62,371 nucleotides of DNA, filler included, from Stramenopiles sp. TOSAG23-6 (GCA_900128565.1; 26 parts of 26 records of this genome joined end to end with filler, not necessarily neighbours in it); one strand, 5' to 3'. Counted from the first letter of the whole stretch, positions 1-11,987 are shown. Made by a program: numbers and translations. Notes: generated by a model not told the origin, from the letters alone.

Positions 1-88
1 TTTGGAAAAATATTTCAAAAAAAAATTCGTTAGGTACAACATTTCGTACGNAAAATAAATTCGAAATTTAAAAAAAAATAAAACGTAC

Positions 89-657
89 ATGGTATATGGG
101 CTATTAAGCTCAGGGAGCCAAACTCGTTCACTTTGTTTCATTGCAGCAACAAGTAAGCGCTTTGATCGATCTATATTAAACACTTTTTTAGTATTTACTT
201 TACCACCGCTACTTGAATGAACAGAAGATATTGGAAAAATATGTCGAACTCCAACTTCAGTGCCTTTCTCAAGAAACCATTCCCATCGAGAAGCTTTCCG
301 AAGAAGAGACATTCCAACGATAAGCTCGTTCACTGAAGCATTTGTACTCTCCGAAATTGATATAATACTCCCACCAATAGAATTATTCTTAACCGTGTCT
401 AATTTAACTTGATAGCGACTTCCACAACCATCAACTACTTTAATAACATCACCTTGACGACACCTCAGAACCTTGTGAGCATGACGCGTTTCTTCGAGAG
501 AAAGGTACAAACTATCTCCAACCTTACTACTTTTTGGGGAGACTTTAGAGCAAAAGAAAGGTGTTGTAGTTGGGCCTGTTCGACTGCTGAAACAATAAAC
601 AAGTCTCTGTCGTTTAACCAAGAAGTTAGACGATCTAAAAGACCGGAGCAAATTCAT
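89..657 (-). CDS. rsmE: RsmE-family rRNA m3U methyltransferase, exon 1 (3' truncated), with a presequence-like N-terminus
   Basis: Manual translation (absent from the ORF track): EETRHAHKVLRCRQGDVIKVVDGCG...KASRWEWFLEKGTEVGVRHIFPI...RLLVAAMKQSERVWLPEL. A family intron begins at 88. Confidence 0.85.
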
Positions 658-918
658 TAGAAAATATGCATCAAAGTTTAGTAGCTATACTTCTGCAAAT
701 TAAAAAAAATGTTTGATTCCTAAAAAAAAATATTACGGAAATGCGCGCTGGATGAATGAATTGGATTTCGTGTGATTTAGATGATGGTGATGGCCGGATG
801 GTAGTCAGTTCGAATCGCTTACTTACACAAGTATAAAATTCGAAGTTTTTCTGAACGAGAACTGGCATTCACACAGTTGTACTACTAAATTTTCTAGTAC
901 CCAGCAATAGATTATAGC

Positions 919-2221
919 ATGTCTTCATCTACACAGGTAACTAAACGAGCCCGTATTGACCCTATCGACACTAGTAGCGTTATTGTTATTCCTTTAATCG
1001 CGGCAAAAGCATTGAAGCGTGTTGTAGAAAGTGCAGGCTATTTTGATAAATCTCGAAAAGCCGCGATGCTCCCAGAAAATCAGGCAAGTGCTTTATATTC
1101 TGGTATGGATGTTTGTACAAGTGGTCACCAAAGGGTGAAGTTTTTATGTATACCCATAATATCCCCCAAACTTGTCTCTAGTTTGCTTTCTACATGGATG
1201 AAAATCGTTCAAACGAATGAAATGAACCTGGAGGTTGATACACTTCACAACACAATTGAAGAAGAAGTTAGACACCACATAAAAAAAGAGCAACGTAAAA
1301 AGCCCCAAGGTTCAATTATCGACCCATTGACTGGTGAAAAATACAGAAAGAAAATAATTTCATCATTTTTATTGGCAAAGGTACTACATTTTCAACTACC
1401 AGTAAATAAGAGGTTTGAAGTTTCACAGAAACAAATACTTAAAAACAGGGTTAAATCTCCAGCAGCAGTTGAAAATTCTCAATTAAATACAAATCTCCAA
1501 AAATTAAGTCCTCTAGAATTATCTGAAAAATATGCTGCTTCTCGTCCTCGACCACCTACATATTTAGATTTAAAACTTTCAGTTCCTTCTTGTGCTTACT
1601 CATATTTATCAAAATGTTATGGCATTGAAAGACTAGAAAATATTTTATGCGCTTTGACTGAACCACCAAGACGAACAACGTTAAGAGTGAATACGTTAAA
1701 ATATACTCGTAATGAGGTACTTTGTCTATTAGAACCAATCCTTGCCCAATTAAATATCGAATTGAAAAAAGATAATCGAACACCTCTGAAAGCAATTCCA
1801 CATCCTATAATTAACGATTGTATAGTAATCCCATCTTCTCCAGTACTTCAAGTCGAACCATTTTGGGATGCACGAAAAGAAATTATTGTGGATCGTCTTT
1901 GTGGTGAAGCAGTTTTGCGTGGTGCAAATATATTTGTAAAAGGTATTCGTGGTGCAAGTCTAGGTATTAAACAAGGCGATAAAGTATGTACGTTTTCATT
2001 ATGAATTTCGAATTTATTTTTTTTTCGTACGAAATTTTTTACCTAACAAATTTCGAATTTAATTTTTTTTACGATATATGTGTAACTGTGGATCTTCAAC
2101 CAAGTTTAAAGGGTAAGTCTGAAAGCATTGGACGTCCTACAGTTGGTAGTAATAGCAACTTATTCATAGGTAAAAAAGTGTATATTGGTTCAGGTATTGC
2201 CATGCTATCTAGAAAAGATAT
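919..2221 (+). CDS. NSUN6: NSUN6-like RNA m5C methyltransferase with PUA domain (exons 919-1987, 2080-2221; 3' truncated)
   Basis: PPRRTTLRVNTLK, EIIVDRLCGEAVLRGANIFVKGI, GDKV|CVTVD and KVYIGSGIAMLSRKD match the NSUN6 N-terminal/PUA region. Confidence 0.8.
1988..2079 (+). other. Family intron, GT-AT, 92 nt
   Basis: gta t|gtacgtttt...acgatatat|gt gta act joins GDKV-C-VTVD in frame. Confidence 0.75.
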
Positions 2222-2318
2222 GTATTTTTTATTTTTTTTAATTTCGAATTTATGTTTTTTTGCGTACGAAATTTTGTACCTAACGAATTTTTTTTTGAAA
2301 TATTTTTCCAAAATACAT

Positions 2319-2418
2319 NNNNNNNNNNNNNNNNNNNNNNNNNNNNNNNNNNNNNNNNNNNNTTAATTAATTAANNNNNNNNNNNNNNNNNNNNNNNNNN
2401 NNNNNNNNNNNNNNNNNN
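2319..2418. other. Artificial scaffold linker (44 N + TTAATTAATTAA + 44 N), first of 25
   Basis: An identical all-frame-stop linker occurs at 2363, 4781, 7199, 9616 ... 60034, with spacing falling monotonically from 2418 to 2385. This indicates contigs sorted by length. Confidence 0.98.
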
Positions 2419-2461
2419 ACTTTCATTACTTTCATTACTTTCATTTTCTTCAGTTACACGT

Positions 2462-3316
2462 TCATGTTTTCCCCGTAGCATCATTTAATTTTGTGTTTTT
2501 TTTGTAGTTATAATTTTGTTGTTTTTTTTGGTTTTGAATCATTTGAACATTTTTGTCATTTTTGTTTTGTTTCTCTAATTTATTATTTTGTAGAATTTGT
2601 TGTTTTTGTGGTATGTCTATTGAGCTGGGATTTGTCAGATTTGGTACAATACTCAATGTTGTATTCATGTTTGTATTTCCATATTGAGTAGTTTTATCTA
2701 TAATTTGATTCTCTGAGTTAGCATTAAGGTTAGGGTTAGGGTCAACATTGACATTATTTTGAAATGAAGTTGAGTTAGTCTCTTCTACTGATTTAAATGT
2801 ATTATTTTCAATCGAATTTTTATTTTCAACAGACATGGGTGTGTACTGCCTGGATTGTATACTACGAGATCCAATCATCCAAGTGGATATATTTTGTACT
2901 GAGTGTAATGTCTCGGGTTGACTCTCTACAGCAGAGTTTGATTGATTCACTTCAACAATTTGTCTTTTTTGCTTTTTAGATGGAATTTCATCAACATATT
3001 TCCCAGTAAATGCATTTCTCTTTCTATTGGATACGTTCATACATTCAGGGGAACTTATTAACTGTACATTATTTTGAGAACACCGAGGTATTGTTGACAG
3101 ACTGAACGACTGCTCACTTTGAACATTTTGTTGAGATTGTGTTTGTTTTTTTGTTTTTTTTAGGAACACTTCACTAGACATCTTACGTGTAGAGTATTGT
3201 TCTAAATCACTCTTTATAGCTGTTCCGTGTAAGATAATAACATCATCACTAGAATCTGAATCTGAATCTGAAATAATAACGACATTACTTTCAGCCAGAG
3301 ATTTCTCCTTGGGCAT
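2462..3316 (-). CDS. Hypothetical low-complexity N/Q/S-rich protein
   Basis: 284-aa ORF with no recognisable domain; contains an in-frame NPNL tract from a telomeric repeat. Confidence 0.5.
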   Translation of the reverse strand: MPKEKSLAESNVVIISDSDSDSSDDVIILHGTAIKSDLEQYSTRKMSSEVFLKKTKKQTQSQQNVQSEQSFSLSTIPRCSQNNVQLISSPECMNVSNRKRNAFTGKYVDEIPSKKQKRQIVEVNQSNSAVESQPETLHSVQNISTWMIGSRSIQSRQYTPMSVENKNSIENNTFKSVEETNSTSFQNNVNVDPNPNLNANSENQIIDKTTQYGNTNMNTTLSIVPNLTNPSSIDIPQKQQILQNNKLEKQNKNDKNVQMIQNQKKQQNYNYKKNTKLNDATGKT

Positions 3317-4124
3317 ACTCTTTCTGCGTGTGATGGAAGAAATCAGTCAGTCAGTTATATAATGCGTATTAATAAACACTTCAAATATTGTTGTATGCGT
3401 CAAAGTATATATATACCAGTGTTTCAAATACAATAAATGCTATACTATATTCACAATTTCATAAACTAGTGATTCTCTGAGCTAGAGAAATGCACTTGCT
3501 TTGTGTTGTAATTATTATTGTATATACGTCTGTATTTATATGATAATCGTAATATATATATCTATCGATCAGATCGAGACGAGAGAGAGAGACGGAATAT
3601 TTTTTTTCGATTATTTTCAAGAATGTCACTCCAAAAAATTACCCGGTAACACAAAACTTGCGCAAACCTGCTATAAAAAAACGGAGATGAATTCAGCACG
3701 ACACTCGAGCTCATTGGTCGTCTGTGCGTGTTGTTTTGGCCTTTCTTCCGTCTCTTTTTTTCTCCCGCCTTTCTGTCTTTCGATTGTTTCCGAAAACTCA
3801 AATTTAACCCAAAATGGTAAGTTATCATTATCCACTTTATCGTACGCACGCATTTGTATAGATTCGAGAAGAATATCGTAAAAGGTATACAACTCCGGCT
3901 GTGCGACTCTTGAGTTTCAAAACACAAAATGTAGAATCGCAGTTGTTTTTTTGTGCTGTAGTCCTTTTACTTCAAAAAAACATTGNNNNNNNNNNNNNNN
4001 NNNNNNNNNNNNNGATATGTATATAGATATAGTGATGCGTGAATGTAGTGTTTACTTGTACTCAAGCGACACATTCTTCGTTTTGTACAAGACACAAACA
4101 AATAGAAAATACAAACAACCAAAG

Positions 4125-4736
4125 ATGGTTGTACTGTTTTTTTCCCCCGAAATTTCCAACGAGAAATATCTTTAGAAGACATTCTTTAGCAATTAAATTT
4201 CATCTAGTGACGTATAATATATACTATCAAGTAGTTATACCGTGCAAGGCATGTATACAATAGTTCATATTATCCATTACTAGAGCGAAAGTCTTCCGTG
4301 TAACCCTAACCCTAATGAGTTACAGAGACGATTTTTTGTTACACAAAAGTGTNNNNNNNNNNNNNNNNNNNNNNNNNNNNNNNNNNNNNNNNNNNNNNNN
4401 NNNNNNNNNNNNNNNACAAACATATATTTCAATGAGTATATGAAATTATTTGGGGATAGAAAACATTCGTTACTTTACGAGTTCTTCTTGACCAAAAAAA
4501 CATTTTTATACTACAATTTCCTACTTTAACAATGAACTCTAACCCTAATGATCTTTCATCAAATAGTATATCGTCTAAAAAATTGAATACTAACTATATA
4601 TTTTTGTTGTTTATATATCATCCTACCTAACAGTCCGCCCCACTTTCAGCAGCAGAATTAAAGAAGAAATCTAGAACTTTCCGTAAGTTCACTTATCGTG
4701 GAATTGACCTTGAGAAATTACTTGACATTTCTCTTT
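4125..4736 (+). CDS. RPS15: 40S ribosomal protein S15 (uS19), 5' part: probable ATG-only exon 4125-4127 and exon from 4634
   Basis: 4634-4736 reads [34 protein letters not shown]. It is preceded by TACTAAC (4588-4594) and a CAG acceptor. The position of the ATG exon is inferred. Confidence 0.85.
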
Positions 4737-4836
4737 NNNNNNNNNNNNNNNNNNNNNNNNNNNNNNNNNNNNNNNNNNNNTTAATTAATTAANNNNNNNN
4801 NNNNNNNNNNNNNNNNNNNNNNNNNNNNNNNNNNNN

Positions 4837-6352
4837 AAAACATTTCGTTAGTTCAGTTCGAGAAAAGGTTAATGATGAAATATATAAAGCAGCATTACGC
4901 CAGCGTCAACAATTAGGTGCTAATCTTGTTGATGTAAATGGTATTTTAGAAAGTAGTCAAAATGGTTTACAAAGTAATGACTTTACTAGCTCCCCTCGTA
5001 AAAGCAGTTTGTCTATGAGTAATGTAGAAAATGTAGAAACAACAAATATAGTGTCAATGCAAAGTAGAAAAGGGCCAAACGTAGTCGAAAATGGGGGTCA
5101 AAATAGTGTCTCATATTTATTTGATGCAAATAAAAGAGAACCATTACCAAGATATACTGATCAATTGATGTTGAAAGGTGCAATTCGAGGATCATTGAGC
5201 GTTTCCCGCCAACAGCGACGATTATTAAATGCATTAAAACAAAAACAAACCAATGCAGCTATTACTATACAATCACACGTACGATGTCGTCGGGTGTCTC
5301 AACAACAAGCACAACTTATGAGTGACCGGAAACGCGCTGCTTTTGCAATACAAACACGAATTCGAAACTGGCTTTCTCCTGCCGCTCAATTAGAAGCTCA
5401 AATGAAAAAAGATATGCAACAACGAGAGGCAGAAAGGGCAAATATGGCAATGAGAATTCAAAACCAACACCGTATGAGACTTGCACGAAAAAGTGTTGAT
5501 GCACGAAAACGACAAATCTGGATGGAAAAACGTTTGAAGCAAATCGAAGAAAAAACTCTGAGAGAAGCGAAAGCTGCACAATTGAATGCTATAGAAGAAC
5601 CTATAGAAATACCTGAAATGTTGAGTGAAGATGATGTTAAATATTCTCCTAGATCAGAAGCAGAGAGAAATAAGAATAGACTTCTAATGATGGGTCGTCG
5701 GCGTCGTCTCTATCGTGAGGAAATCAAAAGAGAGGCAATACGAATGGAAAAGTCTGNNNNNNNNNNNNNNNNNNNNNNNNNNNNNNNNNNNNNNNNNNNN
5801 NNNNNNNNNNNNNNNNNNNNNNNNNNNNNNNNNNNNNNNNNNNNNNNNNNNNNNNNNNNNNNNNNNNNNCGAATACGTGGATATCAAGTACAACAAAATA
5901 CGAAACAAACAAACTTGGCAGTGAAAAGTATTCAGCGGACGTATAGAGGTTATAATACTCGTTCTCTTTTATCTCAATGGGATCAAATGTCAGAGAGGCA
6001 ACGACGTTGGATTGAACAGCAGGGGATCTCTCTCCATCCATTACTTGCGAACGCAAAAAAACCGTATGAGAGACGTCCTAGTTCACAAAGAATGACAAGA
6101 CCAAAAACTCCAATGTTGCGAGCGGATAAAAGACCGAATAATCTTGATCGTGAGAGACGTAGGCGAGATGAAGCAAAATTAAGAGAACAGCAAAGACGTA
6201 TTGAAGAACAAAGAGCTGAAGCAGCTCGTAGAGAATCTGAGAATGAAAACAAAAGAAAGCAAGCAGTATCAAATTCGAAAGTTCAAATGAAAAGTAATGC
6301 AAGTATTGAGAAGGCTCCTTTAAAACCTACTTCATTTGAATTTAGACGGTAA
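4837..6352 (+). CDS. IQ calmodulin-binding motif coiled-coil protein (5' truncated)
   Basis: Several IQxxxRGxxxR-like motifs: AAITIQSHVRCRRVS, IQNQHRMRLARK, SIQRTYRGYNTR. Confidence 0.7.
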
Positions 6353-6458
6353 CAAAATGTATCAAATGAACAAGGATATAGTTGAAATGACAATGTAATG
6401 CTAATACTTTATTTTATCCATGTAAAATATATATTATTAGAAGCATAAACAAAAACAA

Positions 6459-7154
6459 TCAAAACCTCTTTTTGTTTTTTTTCATATTTGGTATTTTCAC
6501 GGAATTTGTAATGGAAGTGGCAATAAGATTTGAATCTCTTTCATATTCTCTATCTTTCCGAGTTGTTTTTACTTTACTCATTCCATATTTTGCATCATTT
6601 TCTGCTTTTATCTCCTGGTGCCACTCTCTAGACAATTTCATTTTTTTGTCTAGTTTTTTTTTTAATTCTTTTNNNNNNNNNNNNNNNNNNNNNNNNNNNN
6701 NNNNNNNNNNCAATTTCATTTTTTTTTTTTTTTCTAATTTTAATTCTTTTTCATGATCAATTCGTAAATGTGCAAGAGCCGCACGTGAAATAATCTTTTC
6801 CGTTTCCATTGCCGATGTATTGTGACAAAATATATTTGTTTTCTTACAAAAAAGTTAGGTACAATTTTGTAAAAAAAAAAATAAAAAATTAAGTAAAACA
6901 TGTATACGAAAGACGTACATGTCACTCGTAATGCGACTTTATTTTGCTGCATTTTATAGCTATTCAATTCATCATTGGATGATTTCTTTTGTAATTCTAT
7001 TTCTTTCAAAAGTTTTTCGGGTTTTGTTTGTTTGTTTTTCTCGAAAAACGAATTTGAAAATTTTCAAAAAATTGTAAGACTTTATAAATTAACAAATTCA
7101 CTCATCGCCAGCCAGGATCGCGCACTTTTTGCTATCTTCGTATCCGCCTTTCGT
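6459..7154 (-). CDS. Hypothetical coiled-coil protein, C-terminal part, with GT-AT family intron 6815-6918
   Basis: VALRVT|SAMETEK joins in frame after excision. Confidence 0.5.
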
Positions 7155-7305
7155 NNNNNNNNNNNNNNNNNNNNNNNNNNNNNNNNNNNNNNNNNNNNTT
7201 AATTAATTAANNNNNNNNNNNNNNNNNNNNNNNNNNNNNNNNNNNNNNNNNNNNCAAAATTTCGTACGAAAAAAAAATTCGAATTTGAAAAAAAATAAAA
7301 CGTAC

Positions 7306-8329
7306 ACGCCGACAACTTTGTAATTGTTCAGAAAGAGACAAAGAAAGATCATTTGAGGTGAATTCCAAATAACGTTCAATACCAGCTGCTTTTTGTAGAA
7401 ATTGACCAAAACTAGACAAAAATAATCTCAAATTATTTAATTCATAGGGGACTTTGCTCCCTAGCGTTGCAATTGAATCTCCTAATTGATTGCGTGATGT
7501 AAGAGTCGTACGCCACTTACGAAGCATTCTTTCATATCGTTTTGTCGCGAGTACGAGGGCATGTTTGTGTAAAAATATTTTTTTTTTTAGGTTTGTACAA
7601 TTTGTTAGGTACGGAATTTACTATAAAAAAAAATCGAAATGGAAGAAAAATAAAACATACAGCTTCCTGGTCCTTAAATTCCTGTGGAACTCCATCATCA
7701 TAATGACCACCACCTGACAGTTGCCTTTGAAACCATCCACCAACACCACCACTAGATGGGGATGAATTGGATGATGTTGACGGTGTAGCCGAGGAAGAAG
7801 ATGATGGTGGAGATATCATACCTCGGGCTGTAGGTTGTTGACGCACTCCTGATGTATTTTGGAAAAATATTTCAAAAAAAATATCGTTAAGTACAAAATT
7901 TCGTACGAAAAAAAATTTCGAATTTGAAAAAAAGTAAAACATACATACAAGAAGTCGACGTTTAATTGTAGGCCACTCTTTCGGTGATGCACTCAAGAAT
8001 TGCATCAAAGCTTTAGACTCCTTGAATACTGGATGAGATGCCACGCGTTTTAGAAATAATTGAAGTATTCGCCTCGCCTGCTCACTACTCTTACAGTTAT
8101 CTGCATCGCCTGCAAAAGCGGGGACTATTGGGTCCAAGAATTCATATGAGAGTGCACTATCTAACCATGCAAAATCTTCCACAAATCTCACGACAGAACG
8201 CCCCGGAGAGACAACATGATATTCTCGATCTACAGTAGTATTTAATACAAAAGGACCACTTGAACCAAGTACTAAACGATTCATTGCTTCTTGGTCAGGA
8301 AGTGACCTGAATGGCGTTGACATGCTCAT
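7306..8329 (-). CDS. Sorting nexin-like PX(-BAR) protein (exons 8329-7945, 7851-7661, 7560-7306; 3' truncated)
   Basis: PX motifs VVRFVEDFAWLDSAL and RRILQLFLKRVASHPVF...MQFL, followed by a helical region. Contains three family introns. Confidence 0.7.
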
Positions 8330-8812
8330 TTACTTTTTGTTTTACTCACGAATATGATATGACAGTACTCTATTACTATTTCAAAAATAGATCAATCACA
8401 CAAAATGAATATAATCCTAGGATTAATAAACTCTCCTCTGTAAAAATATATACTTGTCATTTGCTCTTCAAGTAAAAATTATCTTATGCACATAATATTA
8501 ATAAATAGTAATCTAGCGATCTAGCTAGATCCTTGACACTTGACTTCTTCGAGCAACGAGCTAGTCAATTTCGAATTCGGAAAAATTTCCGAATTCGAAT
8601 TGAATTATTGCACGAAATTTCAAATTTCGCTTGGCTTTCTTTGCGCTTTCTTTCGCTTTCCGGCTTTCGTTCACGCATAAAAAATTTGCCTGGAATTCAA
8701 TTCAAATTTTAGATCGAAGAGAACGAAAAAATAGATTGATTGAATTTCACTTTCAATTCTTCTTTGGTTGAATTATTGAAATAAAAAACGCGATGTAAAT
8801 ATCAAAATTATT

Positions 8813-9512
8813 TTAATTTTTTCTAAAATCATATAATAATGATTCAAGTTGTTCATCTCCACGACAAATAGGGTTAGTAGGGTTAGGGTTCTTTGCTAAA
8901 CCAGAAGCACTATCAACCTTTGATAAACCTGGCGGTCCATATTCTAGATATTTTTTATTATCATTTAAATGCACCAAATGTACTAAAAGTTTTGCTTCAT
9001 TGAAAATTTTCCGCCTTAATTGTATTTTTTTTTCCTTTTCTTTTTGAATTTCCGTTTTTAGAAATGATTGCCTGGTTGCCTCTACCTTAATTGTCTTTTT
9101 ATCAGGAGTATAATCTTGTATTTTTAAATTTTCTTGTAGCAGATCCTGATGTTCTAAACTATGAAGATATTGTGTATTGTAAATCATTTTTTGGTACATA
9201 TGTATTGTGAAAAATATTTTTTTTCTAGTAAAAGAAATCGTTAGGTACAACATTTTGTACGAAAAAAAAATAAATTTGAAATTAATGATGGAAACGTACG
9301 TGAAATTCTTTGTCACTTTGGCTTATGCATGATCGACATTTTGTTATATTATCTGCACCAACAACGACAATGGTTTCCTTATGTAAGCCAAGCTTTCCAG
9401 ATTCTCTTCCTATGTTCGAACAAAGTATTTCCCTTAGCGCAGCACAGAAAGTATTATATTCGAGGTATTGATTACATTTAACATCTGCAGCAAAAAATAA
9501 AGTGTTCAGATC
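8813..9512 (-). CDS. Hypothetical protein C-terminus with an EF-hand-like loop (exons 9512-9300, 9199-8813)
   Basis: LFFAADVKCNQYLEYNTF. Excising the GT-AT intron 9200-9299 joins DKEFH|MYQKM. Confidence 0.5.
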
Positions 9513-9993
9513 ATATATTTTGGAAAAATATTTCAAAAAAAAAAAACTAAAATTTGTTAGGTACAAAATTTNNNNNNNNNNNNNNNNNNNNNNNNNNNNN
9601 NNNNNNNNNNNNNNNTTAATTAATTAANNNNNNNNNNNNNNNNNNNNNNNNNNNNNNNNNNNNNNNNNNNNAAAATAATGCAAGCAAAATTGGGAAAAAT
9701 AAAAAAACAATGAAAAAATTAGGAAAAATAAAAAAATGAAAATTCTTTACAAGAGAAACGGATCAAAAAAAAATCAGTTTTCCATTTCATTCTCTTTCAC
9801 TTCATACTTATTGGTAAACCATAAAACCGATAAAACCATAAAACTATAAAACCATAAAAATCATGTTTTTTTTTAACTTCATATTGGTAAACCATGAAAC
9901 CATGAAACCATAAAACCGATAAAACCATAAAACCATAAAAATCATGTTTTTTTTAATTTGATACCTAGTACGTAGGGTTAGAGTTGATACAAT

Positions 9994-10210
9994 TTATCTT
10001 TTTCCACGTTTGCCTCTTACCTTTGGTTTCAAGTTTCAACACAAGATCTATTGTCCCAGTAAAATTATAATGTGAAAGACTTAAATTATCTCCAAGAAAT
10101 CCAAATTGAACAGATTTTTACTGTTGCTTATTGCATGGTATTTTCCCTAAATGTGCCAATAATTTCAATTCAACTTCTTTAATTGTTTCTGATGTCGTCG
10201 AGGCGGCCTG
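9994..10210 (-). pseudogene. SF3A1: Orphan, disrupted fragment resembling the SF3A1/Prp21 C-terminal ubiquitin-like domain
   Basis: SETIKEVELKLLAHLGKIPCNKQQ*KSVQFGFLGDNLSLSHYNF...LVLKLETK, then a +1 shift to VRGKRGKR*. There is an in-frame TAA at 10118-10120. Confidence 0.6.
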
Positions 10211-10251
10211 CAAATTCGGAATTTAAAAAAATAAAATAAAAATGAGTCTTA

Positions 10252-10959
10252 TCACCAAAGTCCAATTTCGATGCCATTATACAATAGTGAAGTTCTTCTA
10301 ATTGGAAGTTCAGACGTTGAAGACTTACTACAATTGCTAGATTCTGCTTCAAATACTGTACCAATTTGTAGCAAAGGCAGCAGGGTCAAAGCAGCTCTAT
10401 TTGGCAACAAACTGTCAATCACAGATTCACTAAATTTACAAGCTTTGTTGTACGTTGAGCATTTTTCCACATTACTATAATTTGCAATAAATTTGGTATC
10501 ATCATATGGTAATAGATTATTCGACTCATGGAGAATGCGAATAATTATCATAGGTTGTTTTGAATTCATCCACAACCTAAGGGCAAATGGTGAAAATCCA
10601 GCAGAGCAACAAACCATAGCTATTGTAGACAAATCAGTCTCGTGTTTTTGCCTTGCGGCTACTCCCTCAATTTCTCGCAAAACTTTCGTTCCACACTTTT
10701 TTCTTTCATGCTTACACTGACCTACGACTCGAATATCCGTATGCTGGTGGCTAGAATTATGTGTTGAACTTGGCAAGCGCCAAATACCCCGAAAATCAAT
10801 GCCGTTATCATGAGAAAATTTCGTGGGCCGGAGGTGGAACCCAAGAGGTTTCAAAACATTTATCGTTTCTTTCTCAAAGACAACGCCACGTTCTACATGA
10901 GTTTGAAAGCTTCGTAAAATGCGGTGAGCCTTGAGTGTACAATAAGATGGAAACAGCAT
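10252..10959 (-). CDS. RRG7/DUF2034-like PD-(D/E)xK-fold mitochondrial protein
   Basis: RGVVFEKETINVL...DNGIDFRGIWRLP...VVGQCK...KVLREIEG...SAGFSP. Confidence 0.7.
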   Translation of the reverse strand: MLFPSYCTLKAHRILRSFQTHVERGVVFEKETINVLKPLGFHLRPTKFSHDNGIDFRGIWRLPSSTHNSSHQHTDIRVVGQCKHERKKCGTKVLREIEGVAARQKHETDLSTIAMVCCSAGFSPFALRLWMNSKQPMIIIRILHESNNLLPYDDTKFIANYSNVEKCSTYNKACKFSESVIDSLLPNRAALTLLPLLQIGTVFEAESSNCSKSSTSELPIRRTSLLYNGIEIGLW

Positions 10960-11182
10960 TATCAAAAGAATGTGGCCATCCACAGAATCCTTTTTAATCG
11001 TAAGCGCATAATCAATAAATCAAAATCAGCTGCTTTTTGACCGCTTTTTCATTCATGATTCGCATTCAAATTTTGATTTGATGTTTGAACGCCAACGAGT
11101 TGACTTGACTCATTCATATACTCATTCTGAGAATCTGAGTACCTTTTCTACTTACTTGACGATTCAAGAGTGACTTCACCGA

Positions 11183-11987
11183 ATGACCGATTTAGGAAAT
11201 CTACTTGAATGTATATTATCAGCGGCAAGTTTTCGAGATAACGATGATCGTGCACCTGTCCAATTCTCACTTTCTCAGAGAAACCCTTTCGAGGAAAAAC
11301 TTTCAACTATTTTATCGAATACTTCAGATAGTGATTTGCTGTCATTGCTAACACTAGTAGCAAGCGGAGACCCATCGCGTTGTCGGACACTATTAGAGGC
11401 TGTGCTGAGTGCGGCTAGGGCACTTCCGGGAAAGTCACCAGTTAAAAAAGGGCGGTGGCGTTATCAAGTTTTGAAAGTCTGTGTTGATTTAATGAATGCT
11501 GGTCGAATGATCGGACTGAATGCACAAAAGTGTACCCATCTTCTTTTATCTGAGTGCGATGAACTTGAAACATCGGAAGTAACCCAATTACTTGAATTTA
11601 TTGTTGAAGGCTTAAACGAACGTCTCATTGCTGATGATGTGTGTTATGATGGCGCAGCTCTTGAGTTGATTCCAAAATTACTTAGTAAATTTGAAGAGCA
11701 TGTAACATACAACGTTGTTGTTCAGGAAGGCGAAGAATCTACAGAAATGCTTGGTAGTGCATATTGCGATTATATAGTTCAAAGTATATGTACTTCACCT
11801 TGGCCATCATCTACTGTTGTACGTTTAACGACACTATTTAAAGAAATGTCAATATACGTTTTCATAGTGAATTTCAATGTTTTTTTTTATTCGTACAAAA
11901 TTTCGTACCTAACGATTTTTCACGTGTGAAATATTTTTTCCAATATGTTTGTCCAGAACGTCTTCTGTGTGTAATTCGTAAAGTTCT
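11183..11987 (+). CDS. FANCI: FANCI-like protein, N-terminal part (intron 11854-11948, AT...GT)
   Basis: GAALELIPKLLS...SICTSPWPSSTVVRLTTLFKEM resembles the FANCI N-terminal solenoid. Confidence 0.65.

Noticed and set aside
3501-3927. Overlapping short ORFs upstream of RPS15
   Set aside because: They have non-ATG or weak starts and no recognisable motifs. This is probably promoter or intergenic DNA.
4128-4633. Possible snoRNA inside the RPS15 intron
   Set aside because: No convincing C/D or H/ACA box pair with a terminal stem could be read, and the intron contains an N gap.
10118-10120. In-frame TAA as evidence of stop-codon reassignment
   Set aside because: TAA, TAG and TGA all terminate conserved genes here (eIF3j, MO25, MUT), and long conserved ORFs have no internal stops.
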